A DNA stretch of 64,000 nt from assembly GCA_964016885.1 (NCBI GenBank), contig OZ024740.1:33790001-33854000 (forward strand), read 5' to 3'. A model generated the notes under the pieces. The model ran no database searches and had not been told where the DNA came from. It saw only the letters and a program-made list of their open reading frames with translations. The position numbers and the translations under genes were made by a program. The DNA comes from Eledone cirrhosa. Its lineage: Eukaryota. Every line of letters begins with the position of its first letter. The first letter of the stretch is position 1. Shown here piece after piece: positions 13,701 to 28,700 of the stretch.

Positions 13701-16700
13701 ACCAATAACCATCTTTACTGCCATCTTCCAACTCTCTCTTACCATCAACCATCTTTTCTGCTATCTTCCAACTCTCTCTCTTACCATCAACCCTCTTTAC
13801 TGCTATCTTCCAACTCTCTCTTACCATCAACCATCTTTACTGCTATCTTCTAACTCTCTCTTACCATCAACCATCTTTACTGCTATCTTCCAACTCTCTC
13901 TCTTACCATCAACCATCTTTACTGCTATCTTCCAACTCTCTCTTACCATCAACCATCTTTACTGCTACCTTCCAACTCTCTCTTACCATCAACCATCTTT
14001 ACTGCTACCTTCCAACTCTCTCTTACCATCAACCATCTTTAATGCTATCTTCTAACTCTCTCTTACCATCAACCATCTTTACTGCTATCTTCCAACTCTC
14101 TCTTACCAATAACCATCTTTACTGCTATCTTCCAACTGTCTCTTACCATCAACCATCTTTACTGCTATCTTCTAACTCTCTCTTACCAATAACCATCTTT
14201 ACTGCTATCTTCCAACTCTCTCTTACCATCAACCATCTTTACTGCTATCTTCCAACTCTCTCTTACCAATAACCATCTTTACTGCTATCTTCCAACTCTC
14301 TCTTACCATCAACCATCTTAACTGCTATCTTCCAACTCTCTCTTACCATCAACCATCTTTACTGCTATCTTCCAACTCTCTCTTACCATCAACTATCTTT
14401 ACTGCTATCTTCCAACTCTCTCTTACCATCAACCATCTTTACTGCTACCTTCCAACTCTCTCTTACCATCAACCATCTTTACTGCTATCTTCCAACTCTC
14501 TCTTACCATCAACCATCTTTACTGCTATCTTCCAACTCTCTCTTACCATCAACCATCTTTACTGCTAACTTCCAACTCTCTCTTACCATCAACCATCTTT
14601 ACTGCTAACTTCCAACTCTCTCTTACCAATAACCATCTTTACTGCTATCTTCTAACTCTCTCTTACCATCAACCATCTTTACTGCTATCTTCCAACTCTC
14701 TCTTACCATCAACCATCTTTACTGCTATCTTCTAACTCTCTCTTACCATCAACCATCTTTACTGCTACCTTCCAACTCTCTCTTACCATCAACCATCTTT
14801 ACTGCTATCTTCCAACTCTCTCTTACCATCAACCATCTTTACTGCTATCTTCCAACTCTCTCTTACCATCAACCATCTTTACTGCTATCTTCCGACTCTC
14901 TCTTACCATCAACCATCTTTACTGCTATCTTCCAACTCTCTCTTACCATCAACCATCTTTACTGCTATCTCCCAACTCTCTCTTACCATCAACCATCTTT
15001 ACTGCTATCTTCCAACTCTCTCTTACCATCAACCATCTTTACTGTTATCTTCTAACTCTCTCTTACCATCAACCATCTTTACTGCTATCTTCTAACTCTC
15101 TCTTATCCTTCAAACATCTTTACTGCTATCTTCCAACTCTCTCTTACCAATAACCGTCTTTACTGCTATCTTCTAACTCTCCCTTACCATCAACCATCTT
15201 TACTGCTATCTTCCAACTCTCTCTTACCAATAACCATCTTTACTGCCATCTTCCAACTCTCTCTTACCATCAACCATCTTTACTGCTATCTTCCAACTCT
15301 CTCTTACCATCAACTATCTTTACTGCTATCTTCCAACTCTCTCTTACCATCAACCATCTTTACTGCTAACTTCCAACTCTCTCTTACCAATAACCATCTT
15401 TACTGCTATCTTCTAACTCTCTCTTACCATCAACCATCTTTACTGCTATCTTCCAACTCTCTCTTACCATCAACCATCTTTACTGTTATCTTCTAACTCT
15501 CTCTTACCATCAACCATCTTTACTGCTATCTTCCAACTCTCTCTTACCATCAACCATCTTTACTGCTATCTTCTAACTCTCTCTTACCATCAACCATCTT
15601 TACTGCTATCTTCCAACTCTCTCTCTTACCATCAACCATCTTTACTGCTATCTTCTAACTCTCTCTTACCATCAACCATCTTTACTGCTACCTTCCAACT
15701 CTCTCTTACCATCAACCATCTTTACTGCTATCTTCCAACTCTCTCTTACCAATAACCATCTTTACTGCTATCTTCTAACTCTCTCTTACCATCAACCATC
15801 TTTACTGCTATCTTCCAACTCTCTCTTACCATCAACCATCTTTACTGTTATCTTCTAACTCTCTCTTACCATCAACCATCTTTACTGCTATCTTCTAACT
15901 CTCTCTTACCATCAACCATCTTTACTGCTATCTTCCAACTCTCTCTTACCATCAACCATCTTTACTGCTATCTTCCAACTGTCTCTTACCATCAACCATC
16001 TTTACTGCTATCTTCCAACTGTCTCTTACCATCAACCATCTTTACTGCTACCTTCCAACTCTCTCTTACCATCAACCATCTTTACTGCTATCTTCCAACT
16101 GTCTCTAACCATCAACCATCTTTACTGCTATCTTCCAACTTTCTCTTACCATCAACCATCTTTACTGCTATCTTCCAACGCTCTCTTACCATCAACCATC
16201 TTTACTGCTATCTTCCAACTCTCTCTTACCAATAACCATCTTTACTGCTATCCTCTAACTCTCTCTTACCATCAACCATCTTTACTGCTATCTTCCAACT
16301 CTCTCTTACCGTCAACCATCTTTACTGCTATCTTCCAACTCTCTCTTACCAATAACCATCTTTACTGCTATCTTCTAACTCTCTCTTACCATCAACCATC
16401 TTTACTGCTATCTTCCAACTCTCTCTTACCAATAACCATCTTTACTGCCATCTTCCAACTCTCTCTTACCATCAACCATCTTTTCTGCTATCTTCCAACT
16501 CTCTCTCTTACCATCAACCCTCTTTACTGCTATCTTCCAACTCTCTCTTACCATCAACCATCTTTACTGCTATCTTCTAACTCTCTCTTACCATCAACCA
16601 TCTTTACTGCTACCTTCCAACTCTCTCTTACCATCAACCATCTTTACTGCTATCTTCCAACTCTCTCTTACCAATAACCATCTTTACTGCTATCTTCCAA

Positions 16701-19700
16701 CTCTCTCTTACCATCAACCATCTTTACTGCTATTTTCCAACTCTCTCTTACCATCAACCATCTTTACTGCTATCTTCCAACTCTCTCTTACCATCAACTA
16801 TCTTTACTGCTATCTTCCAACTCTCTCTTACCATCAACCATCTTTACTGCTACCTTCCAAGTCTCTCTTACCATCAACCATCTTTACTGCTATCTTCCAA
16901 CTCTCTCTTACCATCAACCATCTTTACTGCTATCTTCCAACTCTCTCTTACCATCAACTATCTTTACTGCTATCTTCCAACTCTCTCTTACCATCAACCA
17001 TCTTTACTGCTAACTTCCAACTCTCTTTTACCAATAACCATCTTTACTGCTATCTTCCAACTCTCTCTTACCATCAACCATCTTTACTGCTATCTTCCAA
17101 CTCTCTCTTACCATCAACCATCTTTACTGCTATCTTCCGACTCTCTCTTACCATCAACCATCTTTACTGCTATCTTCCAACTCTCTCTTACCATCAACCA
17201 TCTTTACTGCTATCTTCCAACTCTCTCTTACCATCAACCATCTTTACTGCTATCTTCCAACTCTCTCTTACCATCAATCATCTTTACTGCTATCTTCCAA
17301 CTCTCTCTTACCGTCAACCATCTTTACTGCTACCTTCCAACTCTCACTTACCATCAACCATCTTTACTGCTATCTTCCAACTCTCTCTTACCATCAACCA
17401 TCTTTACTGCTATCTTCCAACTCTCTCTTACCATCAACCATCTTTACTGCTATCTTCCAACTCTCTCTTACCATCAACCATCTTTACTGCTATCTTCCAA
17501 CTCTCTCTTACCATCAATCATCTTTACTGCTATCTTCCAACTCTCTCTTACCATCAATCATCTTTACTGCTATCTTCCAACTCTCACTTACCATCAACCA
17601 TCTTTACTGCTACCTTCCAACTCTCACTTACCATCAACCATCTTTACTGCTATCTTCCAACTCTCTCTTACCATCAACCATCTTTACTGCTATCTTCCAA
17701 CTCTCTCTTACCAATAACCCTCTTTACTGCTATCTTCTAACTCTCTCTTACCATCAACCATCTTTACTGCTATCTTCAAACTCTCTCTTACCAATAACCA
17801 TCTTTACTGCCATCTTCCAACTCTCTCTTACCATCAACCATCTTTTCTGCTATCTTCCAACTCTCTCTCTTACCATCAACCATCTTTACTGCTATCTTCC
17901 AACTCTCTCTTACCATCTTTACTGCTATCTTCTAACTCTCTCTTACCATCAACCATCTTTACTGCTATCTTCCAACTCTCTCTCTTACCATCAACCATCT
18001 TTACTGCTATTTTCTAACTCTCTCTTACCATCAACCATCTTTACTGCTACCTTCCAACTCTCTCTGACCATCAACCATCTTTACTGCTACCTTCCAACTC
18101 ACTCTTACCATCAACCATCTTTACTGCTATCTTCCAACTCTCTCTCTTACCATCAACCATCTTTACTGCTATCTTCCAACTGTCTCTTACCATCAACCAT
18201 CTTTACTGCTACCTTCCAACTCTCTCTTACCATCAACCATCTTTACTGCTATCTTCTAACTCTCTCTTACCATCAACCATCTTTACTGCTATCTTCCAAC
18301 TCTCTCTTACCATCAACCATCTTTACTGCTATCTTCCAACTGTCTCTTACCATCAACCATCTTTACTGCTATCTTCCAACTGTCTCTTACCATCAACCAT
18401 CTTTACTGCTATCTTCCAACTCTCTCTTACCATCAACCATCTTTACTGCTATCTTCCAACTGTCTCTAACCATCAACCATCTTTACTGCTATCTTCCAAC
18501 TCTCTCTTACCATCAACCATCTTTACTGCTATCTTCCAACGCTCTCTTACCATCAACCATCTTTACTGCTATCTTCCAACTCTCTCTTACCAATAACCAT
18601 CTTTACTGCTATCCTCTAACTCTCTCTTACCATCAACCATCTTTACTGCTATCTTCCAACTCTCTCTTACCGTCAACCATCTTTACTGCTATCTTCCAAC
18701 TCTCTCTTACCAATAACCATCTTTACTGCTATCTTCTAACTCTCTCTTACCATCAACCATCTTTACTGCTATCTTCCAACTCTCTCTTACCAATAACCAT
18801 CTTTACTGCCATCTTCCAACTCTCTCTTACCATCAACCATCTTTTCTGCTATCTTCCAACTCTCTCTCTTACCATCAACCCTCTTTACTGCTATCTTCCA
18901 ACTCTCTCTTACCATCAACCATCTTTACTGCTATCTTCTAACTCTCTCTTACCATCAACCATCTTTACTGCTATCTTCCAACTCTCTCTCTTACCATCAA
19001 CCATCTTTACTGCTATCTTCCAACTCTCTCTTACCATCAACCATCTTTACTGCTACCTTCCAACTCTCTCTTACCATCAACCATCTTTACTGCTACCTTC
19101 CAACTCTCTCTTACCATCAACCATCTTTAATGCTATCTTCTAACTCTCTCTTACCATCAACCATCTTTACTGCTATCTTCCAACTCTCTCTTACCAATAA
19201 CCATCTTTACTGCTATCTTCCAACTGTCTCTTACCATCAACCATCTTTACTGCTATCTTCTAACTCTCTCTTACCAATAACCATCTTTACTGCTATCTTC
19301 CAACTCTCTCTTACCATCAACCATCTTTACTGCTATCTTCCAACTCTCTCTTACCAATAACCATCTTTACTGCTATCTTCCAACTCTCTCTTACCATCAA
19401 CCATCTTAACTGCTATCTTCCAACTCTCTCTTACCATCAACCATCTTTACTGCTATCTTCCAACTCTCTCTTACCATCAACTATCTTTACTGCTATCTTC
19501 CAACTCTCTCTTACCATCAACCATCTTTACTGCTACCTTCTAACTCTCTCTTACCATCAACCATCTTTACTGCTACCTTCCAACTCTCTCTTACCATCAA
19601 CCATCTTTACTGCTATCTTCCAACTCTCTCTTACCATCAACCATCTTTACTGCTATCTTCCAACTCTCTCTTACCATCAACCATCTTTACTGCTATCTTC

Positions 19701-22700
19701 CGACTCTCTCTTACCATCAACCATCTTTACTGCTATCTTCCAACTCTCTCTTACCATCAACCATCTTTACTGCTATCTCCCAACTCTCTCTTACCATCAA
19801 CCATCTTTACTGCTATCTTCCAACTCTCTCTTACCATCAACCATCTTTACTGTTATCTTCTAACTCTCTCTTACCATCAACCATCTTTACTGCTATCTTC
19901 TAACTCTCTCTTATCCTTCAAACATCTTTACTGCTATCTTCCAACTCTCTCTTACCAATAACCGTCTTTACTGCTATCTTCTAACTCTCCCTTACCATCA
20001 ACCATCTTTACTGCTATCTTCCAACTCTCTCTTACCAATAACCATCTTTACTGCCATCTTCCAACTCTCTCTTACCATCAACCATCTTTACTGCTATCTT
20101 CCAACTCTCTCTTACCATCAACTATCTTTACTGCTATCTTCCAACTCTCTCTTACCATCAACCATCTTTACTGCTAACTTCCAACTCTCTCTTACCAATA
20201 ACCATCTTTACTGCTATCTTCTAACTCTCTCTTACCATCAACCATCTTTACTGCTATCTTCCAACTCTCTCTTACCATCAACCATCTTTACTGTTATCTT
20301 CTAACTCTCTCTTACCATCAACCATCTTTACTGCTATCTTCCAACTCTCTCTTACCATCAACCATCTTTACTGCTATCTTCTAACTCTCTCTTACCATCA
20401 ACCATCTTTACTGCTATCTTCCAACTCTCTCTCTTACCATCAACCATCTTTACTGCTATCTTCTAACTCTCTCTTACCATCAACCATCTTTACTGCTACC
20501 TTCCAACTCTCTCTTACCATCAACCATCTTTACTGCTATCTTCCAACTCTCTCTTACCAATAACCATCTTTACTGCTATCTTCTAACTCTCTCTTACCAT
20601 CAACCATCTTTACTGCTATCTTCCAACTCTCTCTTACCATCAACCATCTTTACTGTTATCTTCTAACTCTCTCTTACCATCAACCATCTTTACTGCTATC
20701 TTCTAACTCTCTCTTACCATCAACCATCTTTACTGCTATCTTCCAACTCTCTCTTACCATCAACCATCTTTACTGCTATCTTCCAACTGTCTCTTACCAT
20801 CAACCATCTTTACTGCTATCTTCCAACTGTCTCTTACCATCAACCATCTTTACTGCTACCTTCCAACTCTCTCTTACCATCAACCATCTTTACTGCTATC
20901 TTCCAACTGTCTCTAACCATCAACCATCTTTACTGCTATCTTCCAACTTTCTCTTACCATCAACCATCTTTACTGCTATCTTCCAACGCTCTCTTACCAT
21001 CAACCATCTTTACTGCTATCTTCCAACTCTCTCTTACCAATAACCATCTTTACTGCTATCCTCTAACTCTCTCTTACCATCAACCATCTTTACTGCTATC
21101 TTCCAACTCTCTCTTACCGTCAACCATCTTTACTGCTATCTTCCAACTCTCTCTTACCAATAACCATCTTTACTGCTATCTTCTAACTCTCTCTTACCAT
21201 CAACCATCTTTACTGCTATCTTCCAACTCTCTCTTACCAATAACCATCTTTACTGCCATCTTCCAACTCTCTCTTACCATCAACCATCTTTTCTGCTATC
21301 TTCCAACTCTCTCTCTTACCATCAACCCTCTTTACTGCTATCTTCCAACTCTCTCTTACCATCAACCATCTTTACTGCTATCTTCTAACTCTCTCTTACC
21401 ATCAACCATCTTTACTGCTACCTTCCAACTCTCTCTTACCATCAACCATCTTTACTGCTATCTTCCAACTCTCTCTTACCAATAACCATCTTTACTGCTA
21501 TCTTCCAACTCTCTCTTACCATCAACCATCTTTACTGCTATTTTCCAACTCTCTCTTACCATCAACCATCTTTACTGCTATCTTCCAACTCTCTCTTACC
21601 ATCAACTATCTTTACTGCTATCTTCCAACTCTCTCTTACCATCAACCATCTTTACTGCTACCTTCCAAGTCTCTCTTACCATCAACCATCTTTACTGCTA
21701 TCTTCCAACTCTCTCTTACCATCAACCATCTTTACTGCTATCTTCCAACTCTCTCTTACCATCAACTATCTTTACTGCTATCTTCCAACTCTCTCTTACC
21801 ATCAACCATCTTTACTGCTAACTTCCAACTCTCTCTTACCAATAACCATCTTTACTGCTATCTTCCAACTCTCTCTTACCATCAACCATCTTTACTGCTA
21901 TCTTCCAACTCTCTCTTACCATCAACCATCTTTACTGCTATCTTCCGACTCTCTCTTACCATCAACCATCTTTACTGCTACCTTCCAACTCTCTCTTACC
22001 ATCAACCATCTTTACTGCTATCTTCCAACTGTCTCTAACCATCAACCATCTTTACTGCTATCTTCCAACTTTCTCTTACCATCAACCATCTTTACTGCTA
22101 TCTTCCAACGCTCTCTTACCATCAACCATCTTTACTGCTATCTTCCAACTCTCTCTTACCAATAACCATCTTTACTGCTATCCTCTAACTCTCTCTTACC
22201 ATCAACCATCTTTACTGCTATCTTCCAACTCTCTCTTACCGTCAACCATCTTTACTGCTATCTTCCAACTCTCTCTTACCAATAACCATCTTTACTGCTA
22301 TCTTCTAACTCTCTCTTACCATCAACCATCTTTACTGCTATCTTCCAACTCTCTCTTACCAATAACCATCTTTACTGCCATCTTCCAACTCTCTCTTACC
22401 ATCAACCATCTTTTCTGCTATCTTCCAACTCTCTCTCTTACCATCAACCCTCTTTACTGCTATCTTCCAACTCTCTCTTACCATCAACCATCTTTACTGC
22501 TATCTTCTAACTCTCTCTTACCATCAACCATCTTTACTGCTACCTTCCAACTCTCTCTTACCATCAACCATCTTTACTGCTATCTTCCAACTCTCTCTTA
22601 CCAATAACCATCTTTACTGCTATCTTCCAACTCTCTCTTACCATCAACCATCTTTACTGCTATTTTCCAACTCTCTCTTACCATCAACCATCTTTACTGC

Positions 22701-22723
22701 TATCTTCCAACTCTCTCTTACCA
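4694..22723. repeat. Higher-order duplication of about 8.5 kb, offset 9499 bp (about 4694..13224 matches about 14193..22723)
   Basis: Markers pair at +9499: TTAACTG variant 4821/14320, TATCCTTCAAAC 5605/15104 and 10413/19912, 7-bp deletion 8413/17912, ATG 9631/19130, G of CCGAC 12448/21947. The match breaks at 13225/22724. Confidence 0.88.
11360..13224. repeat. Local duplication, offset 1122 bp (28 monomers + 2 bp); the same junction recurs near 21960 and 34140
   Basis: CAACTTTCTC variant base at 11450/12572. It is followed in both copies by the same ordered variants: AACGCT, ATCCTCTAA, CCGTCAA, GCCATC, TTTTCTG, AACCCTC. Confidence 0.8.
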
Positions 22724-25700
22724 TCAACTATCTTTACTGCTATCTTCCAACTCTCTCTTACCATCAACCATCTTTACTGCTACCTTCCAAGTCTCTCTTA
22801 CCATCAACCATCTTTACTGCTATCTTCCAACTCTCTCTTACCATCAACCATCTTTACTGCTATCTTCCAACTCTCTCTTACCATCAACTATCTTTACTGC
22901 TATCTTCCAACTCTCTCTTACCATCAACCATCTTTACTGCTAACTTCCAACTCTCTCTTACCAATAACCATCTTTACTGCTATCTTCCAACTCTCTCTTA
23001 CCATCAACCATCTTTACTGCTATCTTCCAACTCTCTCTTACCATCAACCATCTTTACTGCTATCTTCCGACTCTCTCTTACCATCAACCATCTTTACTGC
23101 TATCTTCCAACTCTCTCTTACCATCAACCATCTTTACTGCTATCTTCCAACTCTCTCTTACCATCAACCATCTTTACTGCTATCTTCCAACTCTGTCTTA
23201 CCATCAATCATCTTTACTGCTATCTTCCAACTCTCTCTTACCGTCAACCATCTTTACTGCTACCTTCCAACTCTCACTTACCATCAACCATCTTTACTGC
23301 TATCTTCCAACTCTCTCTTACCATCAACCATCTTTACTGCTATCTTCCAACTCTCTCTTACCATCAACCATCTTTACTGCTATCTTCCAACTCTCTCTTA
23401 CCATCAACCATCTTTACTGCTATCTTCCAACTCTCTCTTACCATCAATCATCTTTACTGCTATCTTCTAACTCTCTCTTACCAATAACCATCTTTACTGC
23501 TATCTTCCAACTCTCTCTTACCATCAACCATCTTTACTGCTATCTTCCAACTCTCTCTTACCAATAACCATCTTTACTGCTATCTTCCAACTCTCTCTTA
23601 CCATCAACCATCTTAACTGCTATCTTCCAACTCTCTCTTACCATCAACCATCTTTACTGCTATCTTCCAACTCTCTCTTACCATCAACTATCTTTACTGC
23701 TATCTTCCAACTCTCTCTTACCATCAACCATCTTTACTGCTACCTTCTAACTCTCTCTTACCATCAACCATCTTTACTGCTACCTTCCAACTCTCTCTTA
23801 CCATCAACCATCTTTACTGCTATCTTCCAACTCTCTCTTACCATCAACCATCTTTACTGCTATCTTCCAACTCTCTCTTACCATCAACCATCTTTACTGC
23901 TATCTTCCGACTCTCTCTTACCATCAACCATCTTTACTGCTATCTTCCAACTCTCTCTTACCATCAACCATCTTTACTGCTATCTCCCAACTCTCTCTTA
24001 CCATCAACCATCTTTACTGCTATCTTCCAACTCTCTCTTACCATCAACCATCTTTACTGTTATCTTCTAACTCTCTCTTACCATCAACCATCTTTACTGC
24101 TATCTTCTAACTCTCTCTTATCCTTCAAACATCTTTACTGCTATCTTCCAACTCTCTCTTACCAATAACCGTCTTTACTGCTATCTTCTAACTCTCCCTT
24201 ACCATCAACCATCTTTACTGCTATCTTCCAACTCTCTCTTACCAATAACCATCTTTACTGCCATCTTCCAACTCTCTCTTACCATCAACCATCTTTACTG
24301 CTATCTTCCAACTCTCTCTTACCATCAACTATCTTTACTGCTATCTTCCAACTCTCTCTTACCATCAACCATCTTTACTGCTAACTTCCAACTCTCTCTT
24401 ACCAATAACCATCTTTACTGCTATCTTCTAACTCTCTCTTACCATCAACCATCTTTACTGCTATCTTCCAACTCTCTCTTACCATCAACCATCTTTACTG
24501 TTATCTTCTAACTCTCTCTTACCATCAACCATCTTTACTGCTATCTTCCAACTCTCTCTTACCATCAACCATCTTTACTGCTATCTTCTAACTCTCTCTT
24601 ACCATCAACCATCTTTACTGCTATCTTCCAACTCTCTCTCTTACCATCAACCATCTTTACTGCTATCTTCTAACTCTCTCTTACCATCAACCATCTTTAC
24701 TGCTACCTTCCAACTCTCTCTTACCATCAACCATCTTTACTGCTATCTTCCAACTCTCTCTTACCAATAACCATCTTTACTGCTATCTTCTAACTCTCTC
24801 TTACCATCAACCATCTTTACTGCTATCTTCCAACTCTCTCTTACCATCAACCATCTTTACTGTTATCTTCTAACTCTCTCTTACCATCAACCATCTTTAC
24901 TGCTATCTTCTAACTCTCTCTTACCATCAACCATCTTTACTGCTATCTTCCAACTCTCTCTTACCATCAACCATCTTTACTGCTATCTTCCAACTGTCTC
25001 TTACCATCAACCATCTTTACTGCTATCTTCCAACTGTCTCTTACCATCAACCATCTTTACTGCTACCTTCCAACTCTCTCTTACCATCAACCATCTTTAC
25101 TGCTATCTTCCAACTGTCTCTAACCATCAACCATCTTTACTGCTATCTTCCAACTTTCTCTTACCATCAACCATCTTTACTGCTATCTTCCAACGCTCTC
25201 TTACCATCAACCATCTTTACTGCTATCTTCCAACTCTCTCTTACCAATAACCATCTTTACTGCTATCCTCTAACTCTCTCTTACCATCAACCATCTTTAC
25301 TGCTATCTTCCAACTCTCTCTTACCGTCAACCATCTTTACTGCTATCTTCCAACTCTCTCTTACCAATAACCATCTTTACTGCTATCTTCTAACTCTCTC
25401 TTACCATCAACCATCTTTACTGCTATCTTCCAACTCTCTCTTACCAATAACCATCTTTACTGCCATCTTCCAACTCTCTCTTACCATCAACCATCTTTTC
25501 TGCTATCTTCCAACTCTCTCTCTTACCATCAACCCTCTTTACTGCTATCTTCCAACTCTCTCTTACCATCAACCATCTTTACTGCTATCTTCTAACTCTC
25601 TCTTACCATCAACCATCTTTACTGCTACCTTCCAACTCTCTCTTACCATCAACCATCTTTACTGCTATCTTCCAACTCTCTCTTACCAATAACCATCTTT

Positions 25701-28700
25701 ACTGCTATCTTCCAACTCTCTCTTACCATCAACCATCTTTACTGCTATTTTCCAACTCTCTCTTACCATCAACCATCTTTACTGCTATCTTCCAACTCTC
25801 TCTTACCATCAACTATCTTTACTGCTATCTTCCAACTCTCTCTTACCATCAACCATCTTTACTGCTACCTTCCAAGTCTCTCTTACCATCAACCATCTTT
25901 ACTGCTATCTTCCAACTCTCTCTTACCATCAACCATCTTTACTGCTATCTTCCAACTCTCTCTTACCATCAACTATCTTTACTGCTATCTTCCAACTCTC
26001 TCTTACCATCAACCATCTTTACTGCTAACTTCCAACTCTCTCTTACCAATAACCATCTTTACTGCTATCTTCCAACTCTCTCTTACCATCAACCATCTTT
26101 ACTGCTATCTTCCAACTCTCTCTTACCATCAACCATCTTTACTGCTATCTTCCGACTCTCTCTTACCATCAACCATCTTTACTGCTATCTTCCAACTCTC
26201 TCTTACCATCAACCATCTTTACTGCTATCTTCCAACTCTCTCTTACCATCAACCATCTTTACTGCTATCTTCCAACTCTGTCTTACCATCAATCATCTTT
26301 ACTGCTATCTTCCAACTCTCTCTTACCGTCAACCATCTTTACTGCTACCTTCCAACTCTCACTTACCATCAACCATCTTTACTGCTATCTTCCAACTCTC
26401 TCTTACCATCAACCATCTTTACTGCTATCTTCCAACTCTCTCTTACCATCAACCATCTTTACTGCTATCTTCCAACTCTCTCTTACCATCAACCATCTTT
26501 ACTGCTATCTTCCAACTCTCTCTTACCATCAATCATCTTTACTGCTATCTTCCAACTCTCTCTTACCGTCAACCATCTTTACTGCTACCTTCCAACTCTC
26601 ACTTACCATCAACCATCTTTACTGCTATCTTCCAACTCTCTCTTACCATCAACCATCTTTACTGCTATCTTCCAACTCTCTCTTACCATCAACCATCTTT
26701 ACTGCTATCTTCCAACTCTCTCTTACCATCAACCATCTTTACTGCTATCTTCCAACTCTCTCTTACCATCAACCATCTTTACTGCTATCTTCCAACTCTC
26801 TCTTACCAATAACCCTCTTTACTGCTATCTTCTAACTCTCTCTTACCATCAACCATCTTTACTGCTATCTTCAAACTCTCTCTTACCAATAACCATCTTT
26901 ACTGCCATCTTCCAACTCTCTCTTACCATCAACCATCTTTTCTGCTATCTTCCAACTCTCTCTCTTACCATCAACCATCTTTACTGCTATCTTCCAACTT
27001 TCTCTTACCATCTTTACTGCTATCTTCTAACTCTCTCTTACCATCAACCATCTTTACTGCTATCTTCCAACTCTCTCTCTTACCATCAACCATCTTTACT
27101 GCTATCTTCTAACTCTCTCTTACCATCAACCATCTTTACTGCTACCTTCCAACTCTCTCTTACCATCAACCATCTTTACTGCTACCTTCCAACTCTCTCT
27201 TACCATCAACCATCTTTACTGATATCTTCCAACTCTCTCTTACCAATAACCATCTTTACTGCTATCTTCCAACTCTCTCTCTTACCATCAACCATCTTTA
27301 CTGCTATCTTCCAACTGTCTCTTACCATCAACCATCTTTACTGCTACCTTCCAACTCTCTCTTACCATCAACCATCTTTACTGCTATCTTCTAACTCTCT
27401 CTTACCATCAACCATCTTTACTGCTATCTTCCAACTCTCTCTTACCATCAACCATCTTTACTGCTATCTTCCAACTGTCTCTTACCATCAACCATCTTTA
27501 CTGCTATCTTCCAACTGTCTCTTACCATCAACCATCTTTACTGCTATCTTCCAACTCTCTCTTACCATCAACCATCTTTACTGCTATCTTCCAACTGTCT
27601 CTAACCATCAACCATCTTTACTGCTATCTTCCAACTCTCTCTTACCATCAACCATCTTTACTGCTATCTTCCAACGCTCTCTTACCATCAACCATCTTTA
27701 CTGCTATCTTCCAACTCTCTCTTACCAATAACCATCTTTACTGCTATCTTCTAACTCTCTCTTACCATCAACCATCTTTACTGCTATCTTCCAACTCTCT
27801 CTTACCAATAACCATCTTTACTGCCATCTTCCAACTCTCTCTTACCATCAACCATCTTTTCTGCTATCTTCCAACTCTCTCTCTTACCATCAACCCTCTT
27901 TACTGCTATCTTCCAACTCTCTCTTACCATCAACCATCTTTACTGCTATCTTCTAACTCTCTCTTACCATCAACCATCTTTACTGCTATCTTCCAACTCT
28001 CTCTCTTACCATCAACCATCTTTACTGCTATCTTCTAACTCTCTCTTACCATCAACCATCTTTACTGCTACCTTCCAACTCTCTCTTACCATCAACCATC
28101 TTTACTGCTATCTTCCAACTCTCTCTTACCAATAACCATCTTTACTGCTATCTTCCAACTCTCTCTTACCATCAACCATCTTTACTGCTATTTTCCAACT
28201 CTCTCTTACCATCAACCATCTTTACTGCTATCTTCCAACTCTCTCTTACCATCAACTATCTTTACTGCTATCTTCCAACTCTCTCTTACCATCAACCATC
28301 TTTACTGCTACCTTCCAAGTCTCTCTTACCATCAACCATCTTTACTGCTATCTTCCAACTCTCTCTTACCATCAACCATCTTTACTGCTATCTTCCAACT
28401 CTCTCTTACCATCAACTATCTTTACTGCTATCTTCCAACTCTCTCTTACCATCAACCATCTTTACTGCTAACTTCCAACTCTCTCTTACCAATAACCATC
28501 TTTACTGCTATCTTCCAACTCTCTCTTACCATCAACCATCTTTACTGCTATCTTCCAACTCTCTCTTACCATCAACCATCTTTACTGCTATCTTCCGACT
28601 CTCTCTTACCATCAACCATCTTTACTGCTATCTTCCAACTCTCTCTTACCATCAACCATCTTTACTGCTATCTTCCAACTCTCTCTTACCATCAACCATC

